Assembly: GCF_006345805.1 (NCBI RefSeq)
Contig: NW_021825785.1
Span: 1 to 14,634 of the forward strand
Direction of reading: 5' to 3'
From: Octopus sinensis
Lineage: Eukaryota
DNA length: 14,634 nt
Within the stretch, counting starts at the first letter, position 1, and each line of letters opens with the position of its first letter. The notes under the pieces were generated by a model that ran no database searches, was not told the origin of the DNA, and saw nothing but the letters and a program-made list of their open reading frames with translations. This document shows, in pieces, positions 8,446 through 14,634 of the stretch. Both the position numbers and the translations under genes were made by a program.

Positions 8446-10260
8446 TTATTTTTTGGCTCTTTCATCTCCATGGCTTTTGGTGCTGGTAGGAGCACTTGCC
8501 CTTGGGTTTACTTCCCGGGCAGGTTTCTCCCTTGAATCTTCTTCCTGTGTGTCTACCAGTTGGGGGTGACTTCTTTCATCAGCACCCGCGTCTCCATCCT
8601 TGCCATCTTTACTTTGTTGGTTGTCAAAGATGGCATCAAGCGTGCCAATATGAGATCTTATAAGTGCATAAGAGCGTATAAACTCCTGCTTCTTCCGCTC
8701 TATCTGAGCTATCGTCCTTTTATATCCACTGCTCTTCAGCGCAGCTGTAATTATGTTGTTCGGATTATCTCCGTCGGCGAATTGTCAGGCTCTTACGAAC
8801 GACGCCAATTCGTCACGTCTCCAGGTTCTGGACATGTTGGATATTTTATTTATTTATCTATCTAATTATATTTAAAATTTAATAGTGTGATAGAGGGTAG
8901 AGAAGAAATACAGAAAGAAAGTGACTGTGTATTTAGAGAGATTGAGAGCTGAGAGAAGATAAGAAGAGAGTAAGAGAGGAAAGTTCGCGACTATATATTT
9001 AGAAAAATTGAGACGCTGAAAGAGGAAAGATTGTGTGACAGAAGTGAGTTAATGAACTTATGTAGACACGCAACCAAATTTAAAATGTCAAATATAAATA
9101 CACCATATGGATAGAGTATATATTTTGTATTTTTGATTTTTAAAATTTTGATTTTGACTCTTGGACTAGTATGTAAACGCGACGATGGATTTGTTTCGCG
9201 CTATGCAGATTTCATTCCGTATAGCAAAGTCTCATGCATATATTTTGTTTATTTTGTTTATATTTCTACATATACATTAGGAAAAACCTTCGGATTTGTT
9301 TATTTCATGTTATTGTATTGTATAGGTATAACTTGATTTTTAATTTATAGATGATCCAAAATAGGGTGTTATATTTTATATGTCTTTCGTATATTTTTCA
9401 TTATTGCACTCACCTTTTTTTAAAAAGCAATTTTGTCAAAAATTAGAATATTGATGTAAATATGTGTATAGCCATGGATATGTATTTGTAAGCATGCGTC
9501 CCTGTGTATGTGTAAGTGAGCGTATGTTTGTGCTTAAGCACACACATACACGACTGTATGTGTATGTATCCATTCGAACTTATGTATTTGTGTACTTGTC
9601 TCCATATATGTCAATAACGTGGTTACACAGCTTGTATACATAATTTTTCTTATTTCGTTTTTTCCCCCACCCCTCCTTTTTCTTTTTTCCTTCCCCTTCT
9701 TCGTTCCTTTTTTCTCTCTCTTCCTTTCTTTCGTTTTTTTCTCTAACTGATACTGGTACATACAACTTTACGTCCCCCTTACTTAAGCTGTACTCCGTAA
9801 ATAAGAAACGCTACATTAGCATCGATGATTTTAACTTGCGTGCGAGATAGATTGCGTACATATATGTATGCATGCATTTGTGTGTATATTTTATATTTAT
9901 ATTTATACGTCTGTATATGTATGGCGTTTGCACGCATCCTTCTGTGTATGTTGATATATATATGTACACTTTAATATGAATATGTATTGCAGTGTAATAT
10001 TTATAATGCTTTTAATTTCCATGCATCAATTATATTTCCTTCATTAATGTCAATATGTATTTTATTCAATGTCAGGTTTTTTTCCTCGAATTTTATAATT
10101 TTTATAATTTTTATATATATACATATATTTTTGAGCTCATTTTTTTGTTTATCGCTCGAAGATTGACCGTTATTTCTAAAGGGCCAATCAAACAAGTCCA
10201 TTTTTTAAAGGTGTAGCGTTTGTAAGAGTCTGGATTGAATTGATATATCGGTTCCATTCT

Positions 10261-10314
10261 AGCAAAAACTATCTGATGAACGGCAACGAGAAACTCAGAG
10301 TAACAGATTTTGTT
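10261..10314 (+). ncRNA. Minimal type I hammerhead ribozyme-like motif (family B, copy 1)
   Basis: Stem I AGCAAAAACTAT/ACAGATTTTGTT (10 of 12 pairs); CTGATGA 10273-10279; stem II A-CG-GCAA-CG-A; GAAA 10290-10293; palindromic stem III ACTC-A-GAGT; predicted cleavage after GUA (A10302). Confidence 0.8.
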
Positions 10315-10410
10315 GAATTTTCTGCTGCTTTAAATAAAGCATATTACTCTACCACTGGTATTTGAGTACTCTTTTTTCCACCTTGTTTCACATTTATGTG
10401 TTTACTCCGG
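10261..10410 (+). mobile_element. Hammerhead-bearing short repeat, family B copy 1
   Basis: Similar to the reverse complement of 12157-12234 through ..GCTTTAAATAAAGCATA; ends at (TA)n. The 5' boundary is uncertain. Confidence 0.65.
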
Positions 10411-10575
10411 TATATGTATATATATGTAGACATACATTAATATATATATACTTATATATATATAGACATACATTTTATATATATATGTCTATGTAGGCGT
10501 ACATTAATATATATATATATATACATACTTATATATATAAAGACATACATTATATATATATATATATATATATTA
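10411..10575. repeat. (TA)n field with AGACATACATT units
   Basis: Directly visible; units start at 10428, 10464, 10495 and 10541. Confidence 0.93.
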
Positions 10576-10881
10576 TTTATGCGCCCTTTTCAAGCCTAAC
10601 CAGGCTTATGGGCCCGGTTTCCGGGTTTTTATGGCGTATGTGTTCCCCCCAGCTGGACGGGACGCCAGTCCATCGCAGCGTTACTCAAGAAACAGGAAGA
10701 AAGAGTGAGAGAAATTTGGGACGCAAGAGTACAGCATAGGTTGTCACCACCCCCTGCCAGAGCCTCGTAGAGCCTTACGTGTTTTCGCTCAATAAACAGG
10801 CACAACGCCCTGTCTGGGAATCGAAACCGCAATCCTTCTACCGCGAGTCCGCTGCCCTAACCACTGGGCCATTGCGCCTCC
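10576..10881 (-). mobile_element. tRNA-derived SINE (second family)
   Basis: Minus strand starts GGAGGCGCAA; A box TGGCCCAGTGG (10871-10861); B box GTTTCGATTCC (10827-10817); about 300 nt, ending in ATAAATAATA and (TA)n. Confidence 0.88.
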
Positions 10882-10909
10882 ACACACACACACACGCACA
10901 CATATAAGA

Positions 10910-10954
<45 letters not shown>

Positions 10955-11000
10955 ACACACACACACATACACATATTAACGTGTATGTGTGTGTGTGTTT
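10882..11000. repeat. (CA)n/(GA)n/(TG)n microsatellites
   Basis: Directly visible. Confidence 0.95.
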
Positions 11001-11295
11001 CATTCCACATGTATTACACACGCAAATAATAGTTTCACCTACACGACAAGTACGTTCATCGGGCGCTGATTATTTTATGAAACTAAGACGTTTGAATAGG
11101 AAACCGTGCGAGAGGTGATGATTCTAAAGCAAACCATATTTAATGGAAGATTCCTCTAAATATGGGTTGCTTTAGAATTACTTCTCGCACGGTTTCCTAT
11201 TTAAACTTCTTGGTTTCATAAAATAATCAGCGCCCGATGGACGTACTTGTCATGTGGGTGAAACTATTAGTTGCGTGTGTAATACACGTGGAGTG
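11001..11295. mobile_element. Foldback palindrome / probable MITE
   Basis: Arms 11001-11148 and 11151-11295 are reverse complements with about 14 substitutions and one 3-nt indel; 2-nt spacer; TA directly outside the right end (TT on the left). Confidence 0.85.
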
Positions 11296-11403
11296 TATTA
11301 ATACATTAATATTGGACTTTCATGAGATGGAGTATTCTTTTTGTTGAATATTGCACACAGATCACTTTGCTATATATATACGTACATACATACATACATA
11401 CAC

Positions 11404-11998
11404 ACAAAGGAATACTGGTGGAAAATACCACTGAAAACTTCAATAAAATGTAAGCACAACAGGCCTTATATAATGATTTGGGTTAAAGAAGAGAAACTGC
11501 ACAGTTGTGGAAACCAGCTGCCCATTGGATGTCAACATAAAGCTGAAGATCAGTGAAAAAGAGAACACCTATGCTGAACTATTGAGAAATCTGCAGTTAC
11601 TCTAACCAGATTACAAGTTCAGATTTACACCTGTAATTATCGGGGCCCTGGGATATGTAACACGCTGCCTAAATACCAATCTTGAGAAATTAGGCTTCTC
11701 AAAACCAGAAAAGAGAAAGTTAATTCGAAGACTACAGATCCAATCCATCACTGGAACTGTAAAAATCAGTAAAACTTTCCAGAAGTTTATCATTTAAATA
11801 TATATGAGCGTGTTTAGATATGTAACTATATGCATGAGAATACATACATAAAACATACAAATCTGCACATACATACATACAAACAAAAATATCCTGTTGC
11901 TGATGTTGAAATTCCAATGAAGGAAGTTTAGGTTAGGAATCTAGGTTAGAAACCAGTTCTTTCGCTATTGGCAAGAAATCTTGAAATAAACTGAATGA
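11404..11998 (+). mobile_element. 5'-truncated RLE-type (R4/Dong-like) non-LTR retrotransposon 3' end
   Basis: Translation across one frameshift (about 11500) and one stop (11603-11605): EYWWKIPLKTSIKCKHNRPYIMIW..TVVETSCPLDVNIKLKISEKENTYAELL..PVIIGALG..FII* (stop ends 11797), the RPD..E..K..Y layout of a restriction-like endonuclease; then about 200 nt of 3' UTR. Confidence 0.85.
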
Positions 11999-12000
11999 CG

Positions 12001-12013
12001 CACGCACACACAC

Positions 12014-12048
<35 letters not shown>

Positions 12049-12124
12049 TAAAAATATATATACTATACATATATATATGTATGTATAGTATAGTATATAT
12101 ATATATATACAAATATATATACAA

Positions 12125-12156
<32 letters not shown>
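12001..12156. repeat. (CA)/(TACA)/(TA)/(TG) microsatellites
   Basis: Directly visible. Confidence 0.95.
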
Positions 12157-12192
12157 AGGTATACTTTTATTAAAGCTGCTAAATTATCACAA

Positions 12193-12234
12193 AACTGTTA
12201 CTCATAGTTTCACGTTCCCTCTCGTTGGACAGTT
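12193..12234 (-). ncRNA. Degenerate minimal type I hammerhead-like motif (family B, copy 2)
   Basis: Minus strand reads AACTGT-CCAACGA-GAGGGAACGT-GAAA-CTATGAG-TA-ACAGTT: perfect 6-bp stem I and spacing identical to 10261-10314, but the core is mutated (CCAACGA). Confidence 0.7.
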
Positions 12235-12344
12235 GAGACAAATACATATCACAACTGAGTATATATATATATATATATACATGTGTGTGTATTATGTATG
12301 TATTATATACACATATATGTATGTATGTGTGTGTGTGTGCGTGC

Positions 12345-13490
12345 ATCAATCCAAAGAAGGCCCCTACCCTTCTACGTTAGGACAGAATACAGAATAGACA
12401 CCATTTTCTTTGAGATGTAGTCTCCTCCCTACATGTTTGTACCAGATATCCCAACAATCAACCTTTTAGTCGGCCACCTTCTCCGGTACCACCAGCATCA
12501 CCTCCTCTTCCACCACCTCTCTTTTGCTCTCACCCCCTCAAAAATGTTCCTCTGCCTAAGTATCACATTCGTCCAGTCTAATGGCATTCTTTTCAAACAG
12601 ATCCCAGTCCTGCCGTTGTGCCTTTGCCTTTCAATCCTTCTGGTCAACATCAGTATGGACCTAATTCTGTCTTCCCCTCGAGAGGCAGCTGCCAACTACA
12701 TATAAATTCATCAATGTTGCGGGTCACATTACTTTTGAGGCCGAACATCAAGACGACCCTCAATCCCTCGCTCTAATTAATTACCAACTCAAGATTACAG
12801 AAGAGGGATTCATCTATACAAACTTCTGCTTGTGAGAGGCCTGCAAGGGACACATTTATGCTCTACAAAATGGCGCTTCCTACCAGAGTCACATAGACCT
12901 ACGACCAAAACAAAATTTACCTGATACGCAATAGGTTGCAGAGAGGTAGTAATATAGCTGCTAATACGAAAGGACTTCAAAAGTTTTTACAAACATCGAT
13001 TTTTACCATTTTTACTGAACACCGGAAAGCTATTATGGATGGGTGAGATACCCACGTTTTCAAAGATGATATTTATATTCTGAGACGATCATTTTAATGA
13101 TAGAGCCGCTGCTGCAATCCACAGAGAGGTACCGAATACACAGATGATACCGAGTTCTTTCTGACTCGAAATCGACCAAAGAACAGCAACAAGTCAGACA
13201 CACTGACCTATTGTACTAACAACAATATATATAGTCTTGCGTTGAAGAGCCCACATAATGTACCAAATTGTCCGCAGTAAATGTGGTGATTGATTTGTAG
13301 GAGCCACCGACCAAAAGCTGTAATATCCTGATCCAGGAACACGAGTAATATATGAGGATTTCAATCAATAGACGTCCAAAGGAATGCTACAATTCAGAAT
13401 TTAGAGTTACCATTAATACAGCGGAATGCAACATCGGTAATTTCAGGATCAAACTAAACCTTTACATTAATTAACTAAGACCATCTATTA
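12345..13490 (+). mobile_element. Heavily degraded Penelope-like element (RT + GIY-YIG endonuclease)
   Basis: Manual translation: PFSL/DVVS (12401-12425, RT motif A); FKQIPVLPL..SILLVNISMD (motif B-like); HITFEAEH..SLALINYQLKI; DTFMLYKMALP; IMYQIVRSKCGD*FVGAT (13255-13308) then IQEH; FRIKLNLYIN*LRPSI (to 13489). The order matches PLE ORFs. Confidence 0.78.
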
Positions 13491-13709
13491 GAAACAGACA
13501 ATGGGCTGATTGTTTAGTGTAGCAAAAACCATTCTGCACGTGTCACATTCCCAACAGCTTCCCATACAATTGAGCAAAATATACCAATCAACCACTTCCG
13601 TATTATACTCCATTTTTGTTTTTTTCGATGAAGGGCTATTAATCCCAATATTTCGAAGTGAAAAGTATGAGGAAATACGTTGTTCTGTCTTCTTTGCTTC
13701 CATTTTCAT
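13490..13709 (-). mobile_element. Possible hAT-like transposase N-terminal remnant
   Basis: KKTEQRISSYFS..SKKTK followed by DW(L)YF..WECDTC..F, resembling the W..CxxC..F start of a TTF-type zinc finger; weak and frameshifted. Confidence 0.3.
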
Positions 13710-13759
13710 TCCTATATTTCAATTTGCATTGAATTGGTTTTCTAACTATCAATTTAAGC

Positions 13760-14029
13760 CTTATCTATCTATCTCCATCCATCCATCCATAAGTAAGTAA
13801 GTAACTATCTATTTATCTCTACATACAAAATATATTTTACACATATACACATATGTATGTACACATACATACATATATATAGATAGATACATACATATAT
13901 ATATATTTATATATAGATATATGTATGCATAAGTAACTTAATGTATGTGTATTTACATATATGTAGATACATGCATGCGTATCTATCTATTTGTATATCT
14001 ATCTATACATACACACACGTGTATGTATT

Positions 14030-14065
<36 letters not shown>

Positions 14066-14145
14066 TAAGTTGATCCTTACATATGTGTGTACATACATTC
14101 ATACACATATATATACACGAACATATATATATATATATATGTCTG
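13760..14145. repeat. Compound TATC/TACA/TA/GA microsatellite field
   Basis: Directly visible. Confidence 0.92.
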
Positions 14146-14634
14146 TGTGCAGGCGAATATCTCTGAATGCATATGAGTGCGGGAACGCAATTGTTTGTAA
14201 AATAAAAAGAGTAAAAGGGAGATAACCGATGGCAAACAATCCAGCACAATGCCAGCAATCTTATCCACCATTGTAGGAAAGAAAGTAAGTAAAGAAGTAG
14301 AAAGAGAGAAAAGAAAAAGAAAGAAGGAAACAAGGAAAAAATAAAATATGAACATTACAAACTGACATTGTCCAAATGGGAAATGATTGTACAAATAAAC
14401 AATAAAACGCCAATACAAAATGCTTATTTTTCAATGGAAGGCGTTAAAACAAATTTTGTCTCACTTCGTTCGCCATTTTCTTTTCATATTAATTCCGTTT
14501 CTTAAGCACAAATATGTACACATAGATGGCAAAATATATGTGTGTATATGTTTATGTATGCATGTAAGAATATAATGATATACATATACATAGGCATAAA
14601 TCTTTGTATGCATGCAGCTAACTCACTTTCTCTC

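Larger units (their letters stand above)
5484..8845 (-). mobile_element. Near full-length inactive CR1-group LINE with internal RT deletion
   Basis: 5' region, ORF1 remnant, APE endonuclease, RT start (SATGPDGFP), YADD at 6444-6455, C-terminal ERRRERYAIIYIWKIL, 3' stem-loop and (TAAAA)n tail; several frameshifts and stops. Confidence 0.93.

Noticed and set aside
8690-8745. CTGAAGA on the minus strand in the LINE 5' region as a hammerhead core
   Set aside because: No GAAA, stem III or stem I in register.
5484-8851. TATTTTATTT at both LINE ends (5484-5493 and 8842-8851) as a target-site duplication
   Set aside because: Low complexity and indistinguishable from the (TAAAA)n tail; plausible but not supportable.
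5562-8865. Plus-strand ORFs over the LINE
   Set aside because: They are antisense shadows of the minus-strand LINE frames with no recognisable motifs.
9534-9765. Lys/Glu/Arg-rich minus-strand ORFs
   Set aside because: They derive from a low-complexity polypyrimidine tract.
10810-10881. tRNA gene
   Set aside because: A and B boxes are present, but no convincing cloverleaf, and it continues into a SINE body.
11914-11971. CCAAT-GAAGGA...GAAACCAGTTC...ATTGG in the RLE element 3' UTR as a fifth hammerhead
   Set aside because: An outer stem and GAAA exist, but there is no CUGANGA core and the cleavage-site geometry does not fit.
12230-12257. CAGTTG/CAACTG hairpin overlapping stem I of the family B copy 2 hammerhead, as a conformational switch
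   Set aside because: Only 6-8 bp and not evident in copy 1; may be chance or an insertion scar.

Overview
This is AT-rich eukaryotic DNA full of (TA)n/(CA)n/(TACA)n microsatellites and decayed transposable elements. The repeat style suggests a cephalopod (Octopus-like) intron or intergenic region; that assignment is inference. No intact protein-coding gene is visible, and most track ORFs are microsatellite artefacts. Recognisable elements: a near full-length dead CR1-group LINE (5484-8845, -) with a CCCH-finger ORF1 and an internally deleted RT; a second LINE RT fragment (2680-3450, -); three tRNA-derived SINE pieces, two sharing the LINE 3' tail; a 295-bp palindrome (11001-11295); the 3' end of an RLE-type (R4/Dong-like) retrotransposon in a (TACA)n tract; a degraded Penelope-like element (RT plus GIY-YIG); and a possible host exon (4833-4933, -). 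The main observation is four type I hammerhead-ribozyme-like motifs in two families. The two family A copies (174-466 and 3590-3875) also share a downstream multi-helix RNA fold supported by compensatory changes despite strong sequence divergence.
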